Origin: Phoronis australis | Taxonomy: Eukaryota > Animalia > Phoronida | NCBI GenBank assembly: GCA_002633005.1 | Contig: NMRA01000060.1 | Location: 165,472-229,471, forward strand | Reading direction: 5' to 3' | Length of the DNA: 64,000 bases | Part shown: in pieces, positions 1 through 13,150 of the stretch | How the letters are laid out: each line of letters starts with the position of its first letter | Numbering within the stretch: the stretch's first letter is position 1 | Position numbers and translations under genes: made by a program | The notes under the pieces: generated by a model | What the model saw: the letters and a program-made list of their open reading frames with translations, nothing else | What the model was told of the DNA's origin: nothing | Database searches by the model: none

Positions 1-285
1 TATACGTTGGTTATTTCAGCCACCAAAATATAGCTTTTGATCTATTTTGTATGTTACTCATTTTTGTTGCTGAAAACATGCAATTTTTGAGACGGCTAAT
101 ATGCCCAATTGTGCCAATTTGTGTTATCATGCTCCAGCGGCGAAATTAGGGGTCATTGAGTGCACAAAATTTGGCATTTGGGTTTTTGTTACGATACCTA
201 CCCATGTACAAAAAATGAAGTTGTTTTAAATTTTGACGTATAGACTGATTTTTGAAAATCTACTGGTTTTTATATGGACTGCCTC
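1..285. mobile_element. Terminal portion of a TTAA-targeting DNA transposon (Sola3-like end)
   Basis: Ends ...TATATGGACTGCCTC followed by TTAA (286-289). Its reverse complement, GAGGCAGTCCA, resembles the termini of the TTAA-flanked element at 22256-27246 (GTATCAGTCCA / GTACTAGTCCA). The other end lies outside the window. Confidence 0.5.
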
Positions 286-1657
286 TTAATTGTTCTAGCT
301 CTGACTCAATTGTTTGGGCCTTGTGCATATACATGAACGTGTAGACTGCGTTCAATATGAATACCCTAGTGTGACTTACAGCTCGAAACGGAATTCCCAA
401 GAACATAGGTTATGATAATGGCAGTAATTTTGCCGGTGGAGTTAAGGAACTACTTGTTCGTGATTCTCTTTAGGAGTGGAAAGAAAACAAAGGTAACCGT
501 TGTTAAAAGTCAATGTCATCGTCGTGGGTGGTTTATGGAAATGTCAGATTTTTTCGGTGAAGAATGTTATTAAACATAGTCTTTACTATATAATGAAATT
601 TTGGACGATGAGAAGTTACACGCTGTGTTTTGTGAAACCAAAAATGTCGAGAATATTTAATCGTTACCTATTTCATCAGATGATCCTATACATTTTTAAG
701 CCAGAACCGCCTAATATTGATTTGCTACACACGGGTAAGAATTTCAGTTCACCTCAGCCAAAGGTGTTTTGACAACATCTTTTGTCGATCACTCAGATTT
801 CTCGAAAATGTAGTGGACGTATGACTGATTATTAGACAGAAGTGGTTTGTTTATGGTTTACTGTGGTCGGTATTTTAGAAACATAGAAATTTGCTAAAAA
901 TATTGTAATTGAAGGTCTCAGTTGACAAAAGTCGCTACCCACATTCTGAGGTCGCGTTTGTCGAGTTAGTTTTCATTGCAGTGAATCTTACAGTTTATGA
1001 ACCAGTCTTTAGGCCTCCGCGCAGGTGGCCAGCTTCGGAATGACTGATGAGTTAATTATAATATATAGTTAGCACTATTTCATAGCATGGTGGGACACGC
1101 TTCAGATAATTATAATTAAACAAACAACCACGAGAGAAGTTGCACGTCTTACGTGGTCCAATTCTAGTAAATGTTTGCGACCCAATCAAACAGTGGTGGC
1201 TACTGAGTCCACTGTTGCCAATGTCACTGAGACTGGCGGTTGAATCTATCAAGCTCATTCACTTTACTAAAATGGAAGAAAATGTTGGTTAACATCCTTC
1301 TTTCATGGATGCAACAAATATGTTGCCGTACATGTGACTGAGCAAAGTATTGTTGTCAAGCGTTAAACATTTTAAGCTATACATTTGTTATTAAATGTTA
1401 CTAATGATAACGCTAATATCAGATTCTACGAGAGTAACACATGCTTCTTGGAATACCATTGCCTTAAGTCAATAAAAATGTTTGTCATTTGATTTGATGA
1501 GTACTGTTGCTGAGGTATGTGAAAGAAAAACCAAGTAGTTAGTTCGTAGGAATTGAATTGCGTTAATGAGGGAAGAACGTTGTCAAACGTGATTCTAGGA
1601 CGCTAGCTATTTCATTGAAACAATGTTTTTGTTTAACATGGTGCATAATATGTATAC

Positions 1658-1807
1658 CTTTGTCACATTTGACTCCATGAAAGCCTGCCGCACACGAGCA
1701 TCCATAAGGATCAAGAGTGCAGACGGTCTTGGCTTTGCAACCATTGCGTGCCCCTCTTTCGTCACAGGTTGCGGTACATTCTCTACCGAAAAGGTTGGGA
1801 CCACATG
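1658..1807 (-). CDS. Exon of Tie-like receptor: EGF-like domain 2
   Basis: tttacag|CA TGT ... AAA G|gtata, 150 bp, phase 1-1. Encodes ACGPNLFGRECTATCDERGARNGCKAKTVCTLDPYGCSCAAGFHGVKCDK; DPYGCSC is the hallmark of Tie1/Tie2 EGF2. Confidence 0.88.
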
Positions 1808-2399
1808 CTGTAAACAAAAACACCAAGGGAATAATAACAACAAAGCAATTCCACTTCATGTATTGTATCCCTTTGGGCATAACATGATTGAAGAAGGGGC
1901 CTTGTTGCAGGTTAATGCAAATCAAAAATAACGAAATCCGCTCATTTTGCAATTTCCTCCCCAAGTTCCAAAACGTTTTAGACATGCAGTTAATCTCCTT
2001 GTAGGAACATTAAAAGGAACTTAATGGGCGTAAACTACATTATTTAGATATACTATTTTATCCCATTACAAAGATGGTTGAGTATAGTCGGAGGCAGCAG
2101 ATATGTTATTAAAGGGAGACTGTAAACATCATTGCGTTTTCTTAAGAGCAGTAAAAACAACTTTCCAGGGAACACACACGGGCAGATTGAAGGTGACCTA
2201 GGGGACCCAGCTACCTTAATAACAGCCTCTAGAGTGTGTAAAGCAAGTCATTAGTGACACACAGCTACTTTTCATCGTGATTCTTCGAGAAGTTTGGTGG
2301 ACAGGGAGGCAGAAAGCAAACGACGAAAAAACAACAAAACCCTTCCATGATCAACAGAGTTGATCAAATCCATTCGATACTGGGCAGGGGTGTTGTCTA

Positions 2400-2765
2400 C
2401 GTGATAGCATTTTTGACAAATTTAATACACATCCATTGAACTTGGTAGATATCAAGGCAACCGTCTAGAAAACAAAATATTGCCATTAGATGACTCAGGA
2501 GTAATTGGACATGTCCCAAATTCCATGTCAGTTCTACGATATTCAATCGAAACATGCCAATTTTTTGAAGATCTGAACTTTTATTGAGCCTTAGGCAAAA
2601 AATTAAATTGCCACAAGGGGGCGCCACAGCACTAGGACCATTCAAAAATTTGCCCGTCAGCCACGCAGTTTGTAGACTTAACATATGGCAGTTTTTAAGA
2701 ATGATCCTTAGAGTGATTTGTCCGATAGAGAGGCAAACTTTAACAATCAGACTCGAAAACAATTA
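2400..2765. repeat. Fragment of the interspersed repeat carrying CTCF-like motifs (related to 12550-13150)
   Basis: Contains AAATTAAATTGCCACAAGGGGGCGCCAC (~2600-2628) and TGCCATTAGATGAC (2481), plus ATGATCCTTAGAG...GATAGAG similar to the 12900/38000 units. Confidence 0.55.
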
Positions 2766-4766
2766 AAAACAGTCAATGCAGTCTAGTCAGTTACCACTTA
2801 TTTTTAGACGAATCGTTCACTTGTTGAAAAAGCGTGGAAATTTTGTCACTAGTATATTTTTTGCGCTCTTTCAGAATATCAAAAGAGACAAGTGGCCTGC
2901 CACTTATTTTTTCGCCACCTTGGATTTAAATATGACGACAATAAAATTGAATTCTATATCTTGCGATCAACAAAACCCTAAAATATTTAAAAAATAACAT
3001 TGTTTCTCGCCATATGAGTTCCGTGACAATTTAAGTACCTTATTAGTAAAAAACAAAGAAATAAGTGATAACACTGGAGTGTTTAAGTAAAAATTGCAGT
3101 TTTTGCATGAAATTTAATACACAGCTGTCAGTCTGATACTAATTTATAGACCACTGAGCATACACATTACTTTTAACAAAACTTTGGAAGCGACGAAATT
3201 ATTTTTATTGCATTGACAAACGGTACGCATTCTTTTTAAATACTAACACCGAGCTCCACAGCAGGTGTTACGTGCCTCGATAATCTCGTGATATGTTATT
3301 TTTATTATCAACTGCGTTAGGTCTCTCAATAGATCCAAAAAATTCCAGACGCCGACACAAAAGCGATCTAATGTGTATTGTTTGAGTTGTGTTGACTGTA
3401 GCGTATCAAATATTGACATGACTTGTAAGATTTTGAAACTTAGACTTAATGAACATTTTAAGGAAAAAACAGTTCTGTTATCAGCCATGTGATAGATACC
3501 GGTCACATTGGTATTTTAGATCACGATGCTTGTAAATTCCGTCTGTTAGTAAAGGAAAGTTTCAAAATTTTAGAACACAAACACTAACTCGATAGAGTGG
3601 CGACACCCTATAACATCCAGCTATTCACATACTGAGTAATTTTTCCCGTCATATACTTTGCATGTTGTGTGTTTCCATTCTCTTCACAATACAGCTTAGT
3701 GGAACTTGCGAAACGTCGAGTACTGGTAGAAACACGGAATTTTCTAAATATTGATCGTCAGTTTTATTCAGATGTGTTCCTATAACGCAAGTTTATCCTC
3801 ATGTTACAGCCAAAAACGGATACAATAAGTATAGTTCTGCCAATTATAACGATCCCCCACGAAGAGATTTGGAGATACACCAGTGGAAGTTGGACGCCAG
3901 ATAGACTTGGTCCTTAAATTAGGGGCGTTGCACGAAAAGATCCCAATTTATATCCGATAATGTTGAGAAGTCAACGTGGACTACACTTTTGATGTGTATC
4001 GAGCCAAAATTATCACAGTAATGAAATTAAAACCGAACAAATAAGGACAGTTTGGTATTTTCACAAATCCACAAATACAGTGTACATGTACGTTGTTGCT
4101 TTAGGGAACTTAATTTAGTCCCTATTTGGGACTGTTTCATGCAACTGGACACTGATCTCTAAAGTACGCCGGGGCTTACGTACTGGCCGGGTGTGATATG
4201 TTGTTTGGATGCTTAGGGTAACTTCTAAGTTTGGAGGGAACGATTGACAAAGGCAATTTTAATGCTGTTTCTCGTAGTTTTGGTACAGTAATAAATAAAC
4301 GCAGGATCCCTGTTAAACGCCAACAGGGATGTCATTTTCGGATCGTAAGCACGGAATTCCAACTAGAAACTAGTACATTCGTGAAATGCTTTGCAACTGA
4401 CTAGAAATATTTGATCAACGAGTAAAACAGGAGAAAGCGTATGTTTTTCAAGCGATATTTGCTCTCTGAAAACCTCAAAACTCGGTACTTTCGATAATCC
4501 CAAGATCCCCAATTTCAGGCAAAGAACCGTGCTTCGTACCGTATTTACTATACTGAAACTGAGAAAACTGTGTGTAATGAATAAGTACGCATGTTTTTCA
4601 AGCATCTACATGTACAAGTACCAAAACAATGTTTTACCCAAAATGTACAGTTCACCTCCAGTGAGATTTCCAAGAAAAAGATCTCTCTAGTCTGGGTATG
4701 AATCTGAAGATCGGACATCACATACTGTAGTTCCTTTTGTCTGCAGTTATGGCAAAGAAACGTTAC

Positions 4767-4898
4767 CTTCATCACATGTCGTTCCTTTAAATCCCGGTGG
4801 ACAAATACATTCCCCTGTGATATCGTGGCAGATTCCACCATTCACACAAACTGGACACGAAAATTGACAAAAGCCACCATACTTTCCATGAGGACAAA
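4767..4898 (-). CDS. Exon of Tie-like receptor: EGF-like domain 1
   Basis: tttcag|TT TGT CCT ... GAT GAA G|gtaac, 132 bp, phase 1-1. Encodes (V)CPHGKYGGFCQFSCPVCVNGGICHDITGECICPPGFKGTTCDE, closely matching Tie2 EGF1 (NNGVCHEDTGECICPPGF). This frame is absent from the ORF track. Confidence 0.9.
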
Positions 4899-5964
4899 CT
4901 GAAACGAGTATGAAGGCACTGGGTTTAATACACGCATAATAGAAAAAAAAACGACACCCGTGTCTTCAACAGGTGCCTCAATTTATTTAAAAATCCACAT
5001 TTCAGCTGTATTGAAAAATAAAAAAGAAACGAAAACAAAATGGAAATAAAAACGACTACTATACGTGACTTTCATCATTATCTCAATGGTTATATCAAAT
5101 TTTGAATTGAAATGATTTGTTATTAGACATAAAAATAATTCTCAAATGATTGTTTTACAAGCAAGTCAATAAAAATCGTGGCATTTCATGAAAATTTTAT
5201 CAATTTACATTGTAGTTGAATTTCAGGTAAATGTAACGCCCACAGTCAGTGTCGTTTGCGAATCAATTTCCTGATGCAATATTACGCATAGAAATCATAC
5301 TAAATGTTAAACCCGGTCTCTTGTACCCACTGTTCATTTAGCACTAAAATTTAAGCTAAAGACTATTGGCTGGCATCTCACGAATTTTCATGTAATCACC
5401 CGTACTTAGTTACGGTTACGTATGTAGGCCTAGGTTACTGAACTTATGTACATCTCGCACTGGTACCATTACTAACCATGGGGTTTACTGGACCTGTTTA
5501 CGCCTGTTTGGTGCGTTAAATGTACTATTAACTCCTTGGACATTTTCTGGCCACATTATAATGATATTATTTTGTTTTATACAATTAAAAATAGACAGTA
5601 TTACCGTCTGTTCATGTTCTCTTCACACTAAGGCAACTAAACTAGACTTTGCGTAGGCGTGTCACAACATCAAAGTATCACAAACATAGGACACAATATG
5701 ATTGGTTAAACAAAATCTACGTTCTCGATGAAAGATGTGTAGAATTAAATAAATACCTTCCTATGATCAAGATATGCACCATGAAAATATTTTGAAAACC
5801 TGTCGTAATAATATTAGAAAACCTCGAAAACATGAGAAGTAGGTAAGTTTAAAAATATTTTGTTCGAAATTGGTGAGCTTTTACCGTGCTAGTTAAATTT
5901 TTGAAGAATGCAAGTTCAGCAAGTGAACTAAGGTTGTTTCGTGCAATTTAGGGCTATACTGTAC

Positions 5965-6210
5965 CTCTTACGATTAGACGGATTATTGTTGGCCAGTTTT
6001 TAGCATCTTCACATTGAACTGTGTAAACGCCACTTCGTTCAATTTTTGCAATCATATGCACTTGACGTTTTCCATTCCAACGTACGAGGGAGCCACCATC
6101 TTTTCTCCAACGTATCTTCTCATCACAAAACCATCTGGTATTGGACACATCAAACGTTAAATTGTCACCAACGCTTGCTCTTATTGTAACTTTGTCAGGA
6201 ATGAACAAAA
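5965..6210 (-). CDS. Exon of Tie-like receptor: second Ig-like domain
   Basis: ttatccacag|TT TTG ... GTA AGA G|gtac, 246 bp, phase 1-1. Contains IRWRKDG...SGVYTVQC...IIRLIVR; RLIVR just before EGF1 is typical of Tie receptors. Confidence 0.85.
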
Positions 6211-6281
6211 CTGTGGATAAAAGCATTTATACCACAATATTAGCCTCGAGTGGCAGATACAACCGCGTAATAACCCATAAA

Positions 6282-6390
6282 GTTATCTCACTAGTGAGAT
6301 AACATTTTGGCGGGAAACCGAGTCCGGATTGGAACCCGGCCTCAAGAGTTTGGAGTCACCGACTTTACCACTACAACACTCAGTGACTGA
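6282..6390 (-). repeat. Perfect 22-bp palindrome followed by a degenerate tRNA-derived (SINE-like) sequence
   Basis: GTTATCTCACTAGTGAGATAAC (6282-6303) is self-complementary. The minus strand reads ...TGTAGTGGTAAAGTCGGTGACTCCAAA...GGGTTCCAATCC, with A-box and B-box-like motifs. Confidence 0.45.
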
Positions 6391-7149
6391 CGTCATGGAA
6401 CGTGAAAATAGAATACTTAAATGAGCACGCGCAACAATCGCATGTTCAGCAAAGGGCATTGCACCGACATTTATACGCTATGAGAAATAAGACGCAAAAT
6501 TTCCATAAAAACAATATTTTACTTCAGTGAAATTTTTCTCTCGTGTTCTCTCACTTATAAATCACCGATCTCCAATTTGAATGCCGGTATCGTGTCGTCG
6601 GGATCCTTTGACTAATTAAGCATTATAGTCAGTTGCTAGAGGTAACCTACTTTAGCAGACGATATTTTGTCGGTCGCAGCTTAGCGTGATAAAATGTGTA
6701 GTAAGCTATAATAGTTGCTAAACCTTAATTTGTAAATTCAAGTTATTTCTATTTTGTTTAAATTTTCAATTGGTTTTGAGTATAAGCATTATTTGACAAA
6801 AATAGCTCGGCTTTTCTTAAAAGGTCACGACCTCCGACCCCGGGCCTCTGACATAGAAAGTAGTTACAAAGCCGAGGAGAGTCGAGAAAGGTAGATCGAT
6901 TCATTGCAATGTTTTCGTTCAGTATGCGGTATAAATAGATTATTACATGTTCTCAGTCGTTATCCCCCATATCTATAGCCCGAAGGGATTTTGGAGAATT
7001 ATCACCCGAGGTGTATGAAAGAGCATCGGTATATAATTCAAAGTACACACAAACCTCAAGTTCTGCCAACCAGCTATATTCGTAATCCTGTTCTGGATCA
7101 GCTGGTCAAAATCGGAAATTTTGAGTTTTGTGGCAGTCATATTTGAAGC

Positions 7150-7415
7150 AGACAACCAGGTGGCGCAAAATACTTCAATTCCATTTCAAAACGTTGGGGG
7201 TGGCGTCACCTTCCTAATAGATACATGTTTGCCAGAAGATACAGAAGCAAACCTTAAAATTAAAATTTCCTCTAGGTGACACACAGGTTGTCAAATTTGT
7301 CCGAAAATTCGCTTATGCCGTCCCATTTATGAAACATACATTCCTGCAAAATTTCATGAACATACACCTGTACATCAAGGGGTTTTGGCAATACCTGTAC
7401 AGCAGGGGACGCCAA
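7150..7415. repeat. Repeat fragment with three CTCF-like motifs ~120 bp apart
   Basis: CAACCAGGTGGCGC (~7153), CCTCTAGGTGACAC (~7269) and ACAGCAGGGGACGCC (~7399), with a CCTGCAAAATTTCATGAA spacer like that in the 12.6-13.1 kb units. Confidence 0.4.
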
Positions 7416-9091
7416 ACGCCGGAATAATAAATTTTCCTGCCTTGATCTTTGTTTTGTTTTTATATCTGTAGACTGGTGAGAAAAAAAAACGGTATTTTTT
7501 TTCTTGTTTCTTTTAAATAATTAGAAAATAAGAAAAACTCAAAATGACTGAAGATGGGAAAAACTGCCATACGTTTGGTAAGGAAACGCTTTTTCCATTC
7601 GCAAAATATTTATTTTGTCTACTACTGTTTCAAAATCATTTGTCTTTCATTGTTCTCAAACACTGTCTACTTTACACTGTTTAATAATGTGCAAGTTATA
7701 ACTTAATAAGTATTTAGTGTTTCGAGATTTTTTTCTTGAGCACGATTTCACTTCCAGGTAAAGAGGTGGTTACAAATGCCTCTAATGTGCTAGACTGAGG
7801 AGGAGCGAAAAAACAAAAACACCTTTCCCAGCGCGGTCCTGGTTCTGCGGATTCGAAATGTGTCATCCCTCATACCCATTTATCTCAAGGGATATGAATT
7901 TGTCACGTTATCTTGACTACAATATCATTTCCATCTTTGCAACACGTATACATGCAGGTTTGTTTCATCATGTGGATTTTTCCAGTCACGAATACAAGTT
8001 TGTGTACTTTCTAAGATCACTGACATCGCCAAGTCACCCGCTTGACCCAGCAGGACTGGAAAAGATACTAAAGTACATGTACAGGCACTGCCTTAGAGTA
8101 CTTCAATGACTACTTTACAAGTTTTGTCCCATATTTAACACTGAAAAGTTGAACTAAAACAAATGCATACAACCTGTAAATGAAGGTATTTCTGGAAGAA
8201 TTCACGAAAATCGAAACTTACCAGATTAAACGAAGATAACTTTTAAAAAATGTATCAAATACAAGTGGCTTCCCTGGAAGAATATATACACATAACAGGT
8301 CTTTGTACGTGACCTTGCTTTTCATTGGTTACTGTGAATAAGCCAGCTACACAATAACTAGCAGTAGTGGTTCGCACGGGAATCAGTCACGTTCGTGGCT
8401 ACCTTGCTGTCATAAGACAAGAATAAGGATATTAGAAATTCTCAATTTTGGGCTTGGCGTTCTCCAAACAGTGACAGGCTTACATTATTGTTATACGTCT
8501 TTTTTGTCCTACATGACTTTGCCACCAAACTTTTTGAAAGCTTATCAAGGTTTGGTCTGGTGACTATCAAAAGCCAATAATTTGAGTGTGCGTACGTGCA
8601 ATTCAAATTTAAACAAGTAAACAGAGGTAAGATACAAAGACAATTAGTTGACACGGAGAAGATGAATAATAACAAGAAGGATACAAAACTTTCTGATAAT
8701 GGGGATCAGGCAGTTTCGAAAGGGGTGTTAGACGTAAATAATAGAAATACATGTAGTTCCCTAGCATTACGTAATGGAATTAAAGTATCAATACGATAGT
8801 ATATAAAAACATATAGAAAATACAATGCAATGTCTTGCATTTTGTTGTGTACTCTTGGGTACATATATACAACACTGAAACAGCGTCAACCAGGCAGGTC
8901 TGATTTCCAAGAAAATGGTTTGATAATTTTCATGAGTTACAGTCCACAAATTATTTTTTTGAACTACATGTATTATAACACATTGCAATAACTTTTCTTA
9001 ATTTAACCGACTTTTAAGTATCCCAACGTCAGATAGAAACTGTTGTTTCATCTGCTTTAGAAACGGTTTGTCGATCTATCATGTGACTTAC

Positions 9092-9379
9092 CATCGCGCG
9101 TCTGTGGAACCACGGTGAATACTTGTGAATAAAGATTCTCGTTGTTTCCGGCACTGTACGTGCAAAAGAAAACACCAAATGTACTATACGTGATTTCTGC
9201 AGCTGAAGGAGTGTGTGCCGATGGTTTCCCAACCTCTTCAATAGTCAGCTCTGTGCTGTCTCTTCGATTTGTATTGCCGTCTTCGAAACATTGAATGGTC
9301 TTTGATATAGTGTTCACAACACTGCTGATATTGTACAAGGTTTCTGTAAAAAGTTCTAACATTACAATCCCGCTGTATT
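9092..9379 (-). CDS. Probable exon of Tie-like receptor: first Ig-like domain
   Basis: Open frame with ...IQCFEDG...TFGVFFCTYS..., strong donor GAT G|gtaagt at 9092 (phase 1, compatible with the 5965-6210 exon). The acceptor (ttcactataag|) is weaker, so the 5' boundary is uncertain. Confidence 0.6.
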
Positions 9380-12300
9380 CTTATAGTGAAATAGCAATGA
9401 TTGAAGGCCGCAGAAGAACAAATACTATGGCATGTCACTAGAAAATCGAGGTTTGTTCACTTATGCATACATGTATAAGTTCAATGGTCAAGCTGCGGAT
9501 GTCCCGCTTTCCTATCTTCAACGGTAGCACCTGATAATTTGATTGCTACAGTACAGGTGTATGTTAAGAGCATCCCCCTGAGCCTACGAGTGCTATAAAT
9601 TGTCAAATGTAACGAACTGTTAGGCGTATTGGCTTGCTTTTGTCTATGTCACCGCGAAAATCACCTTTTAATTCGGACAGCTGCGTATAACACCGGCACG
9701 CGGCACGCAATGGTGTTCTATTCAGACCCCTATTCAATACAACCTGTTGTTTGTGCTGGGATCTCGCGATGACGCAACAGGGCGCGACTATTTAGTTTTA
9801 CTTATCATTTGACGGGCTTCTATTTGCGTGGTTGAACTCGCGTTTACTTATTTTACTAAGGCTTTGCTAGGACTATCTGGTTAGCCCAATACATCTATAA
9901 TAACAAAATTCCGTTGAAGTTAGGTTTTAACTCGTCCCATTTAACTAATCAATGTGCAGAGTCGTCACTTTTGGCTTGGTCTCTATTACACCCTCATACA
10001 TTTATACATGAATCTTCGCGGCTAAGTCTTTTTCGCGTAATCGTCTTTCAAACGTGGAATCTATCTTGACATTGAAATGTAAAAACGTTAGCCTAAATGG
10101 TCACCAATGGACTTGTGCTCTTATGTGCATTGTCGTGACAGCTGGAGTTCACGCAAAGTATAAAGCTAGTTGTAACAATATATGGAAAAAGATTTTATAG
10201 ATTCAACTATTGCAGACCTGCGTCTAATTGTTTAGGCGTGTGTGCCCATATGTGGGACACTTAAGAAGAATTGTTTTCTGTAAAAACACATTATTTCGCA
10301 TATATTGAATATGTTGCGTATTTGGAATAAATTATTGGCAACATGTGTTGATAGGTTATTGAAAAAGATATAATTTCTATAGGATTGCTCTGTTGGATAG
10401 AAATAGTTGGATTAACAGCATCAAAAATTGTTTAGCGTAATAGGCATACAGTTCTGTGCTCAAAACTGTATTACTTGTTACAAATTAGATGTTTGAAACA
10501 AAGTATTTGAATATTCAAAACATGTTTTGCCTGAGTCTGTTCCAACAAGACTGAAGTTAAGAACCGATATTTTAGTTGAGTACGAGTTTTAACGTCCGTG
10601 TGTGAAGTTCAATTTCGTCCCGAGCCATCTCTTTTGGCCCAGTTTAGAGCCGCGAATCTGCCATTGCACTTGCAAACTGGTCGTTTTGTAAATACTCTTG
10701 TAACCAAAAGGCGTTGTGTTGTGACACAGATTCTCTGGAGGATGAGCTACATTTTATGTTTGATTGTTATCTTTTTAACTCACCGAGGTTTAATCACAAT
10801 GCGTCACTTCAAGTCCCGAAATTTTCAGATTTCAGAAGCTTAAGAGGCATTATTTGAGAAAATCTGCAAACGATGGCGGAAGCATGTCAAAACTTTGACG
10901 TTTTGGCCCTATGATTTTATTCAGTGATCTAAATCTTTAAGAAAAATGCATTTTTTATTTTCCCAAAACATATTTTTGCAGTAATTTAGACACCCCCACT
11001 TTTTACGGGGAAATGCTTAAAAACTGATTCAGTTCAAGGTTACTTTTCTAAAAAAAACAAAGGTTTACCAACAAACTGAATAGGTTTCAAAACAAAAATA
11101 AGTTAATCCAAAAAAATCACGTCGTCAAACCTATCGAAATCTTCTGTTATTTTCCGTGAAATGCCCTCAGACATGTACTTCAATGCATGTTTCAGAGCAG
11201 CTCTCCTGCATTGAAAGTAAGATTTTGCGGAAGTTAGAGAGCTCATTAGTATTGGAGGTAGGATTTGAGAATTGCCATGATTTGGGTAGGCGAAGTCACC
11301 CGGGGATTTCAGAACTGCTTTAAGCGATTCAACTTCGTAGCCTTTATCTAATTGTTCTATTTTGCTGTTTTGATTTAAAAAGTGGCATAGTAACATTTCA
11401 GCCTCGGGTCTACAACTACAAGTAGAACAGTAACTTCTGTTCAGTCTTCACTTCAGTCAGTATAGTGCCATGCAAGTAAAGAATGTAAAACATTTCTTGT
11501 ACCCTTAATAAAGTTTTGCTATTAAATAACCCTGTTCAGAAAGTAAAAACAGATCATTTGTCCGTGATGAAATACAATTAGCAATCCTTAATCAAGTATA
11601 AACTTACCTTGATTGACTGATATTCGAGATCTGAATCAAAGTTAAAAATCAAACACAGGCTTTCACTGTTATATTTTTCCAAGTCGGTGGATTATGTAGG
11701 TTTGATCTGGGTATACACACATACAAACTGCGACTATCTATATCTTTTTGACAAGAATCCGTTTTACATGCAAATCCATCAGTCACGACAAAACCGCAAC
11801 GGGTGTTACTCCTTGCACTCTGTCGAAATCGTGGCTGCATACCATGCAAGTCTGTTTAAAAATAAAGCAGTTGCTGGGTGCAATAACATCCAAGAAAAAA
11901 ATTCTGACCACCAAATAACACTGGCAAGTGGGCAAAGTTCTGTCAAAGTCTTTCCAGTTTATTTTGAAAATTACTGTATCCATGATAAAACAAGGCTCTC
12001 TTAAAAACAAGAAAAATTCCTTTTTTGTTGCTACTGAGTGTTCATGCATTCCTCAGACATTGCAAAAGATAACGGTTCATGCAAATCCATTAGTCTTTTG
12101 TAATACAGGCTATGTATACTTCACATATCTTGCAACTTCAGTATCTGCTTTTCTATTAAAAATTTTGCAATCAAGTTGCTCTCAAATAACTTACCCATAG
12201 ACCATAAAATAATCATACAACTTAGAAAACAAGCAGAATTTTACCTGAAAGGTTGCAACTTGCATAACTTAGCTAGTACAGTGTGACAGAATATATACTT

Positions 12301-12549
12301 TTACTTTGACATTACACCTAATATGCCACATAGTTATAAGTGCCCTACAAGAGGTTTCGTTTCAAATGTTGTAGCGTGAAAGACAGTCAGTTGTGATAAA
12401 ACAGGATGGGAGGTTTTCCGCATAGAATAGCAAATCTTTACTCGAAAGATTGTAAAGACCCATGCTACTCCATCAGATTACACATTCCTGTAATGTATGA
12501 TGAGATGTATATGAGCCAGCAACTGAACTAAAACCTTACAAGAGCAATG

Positions 12550-13150
12550 CGGAGCGTTGAGATGCTCCCATGAATGCACCACAAACCATGAGCTTCTAGA
12601 GTTGTTAACTTGTATCATGAAAATGGCCACTAGATGGCACAAAATATCCAATCCATCTGAAAATGCAACATGCCACCGCTTCTTTAACAGAAAGCTATTT
12701 ACCCGATTTCATAAAAATCTGTTGAGGAATTTCAGAGAAACAAAGGAAAACAAAAAAATTGAAATTGACACGAGGGGGCACAAATGATTTAGGAGAAACA
12801 GCCATGGGCACAAAAAAAACAAAACTTCCACAGTATTTGAAGTTGTCGGAAAATCATCAGTCATCCTCTTCACAGTAAGAACATCAACACCAATTTTAAA
12901 AATCATCCTCAGAGCAGTGATAGAAGGGTGGACGCAGTAACAATGGCCACTAAGAGGCGCAAAGTACCTCCCATCTGTCACAACGGGAGGACGTCATCAT
13001 CTCACTAATAGATGCCTAGCTGCCAAATTTTATGAAAATTCATTGAGGACCTCCAAATATGTAGAGGTAAGCGAAAAAAAATTGCCACTAAGGGGAACAC
13101 CGGTAGTCAGAGAGGTCCGAAATTCGTCATTGTCCGTCGTCAGTTTAATA
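12550..13150. repeat. Internal tandem subrepeat (~320-bp dimeric unit) with CTCF-like motifs
   Basis: Motifs at 12624, 12766, 12944 and 13083; repeated spacer TTT(C/T)AT(A/G)AAAATxxxTTGAGGA. Confidence 0.6.

Noticed and set aside
11103-11396. 97-aa ORF beside copy A
   Set aside because: No recognisable motif or splice context, and such lengths arise by chance.
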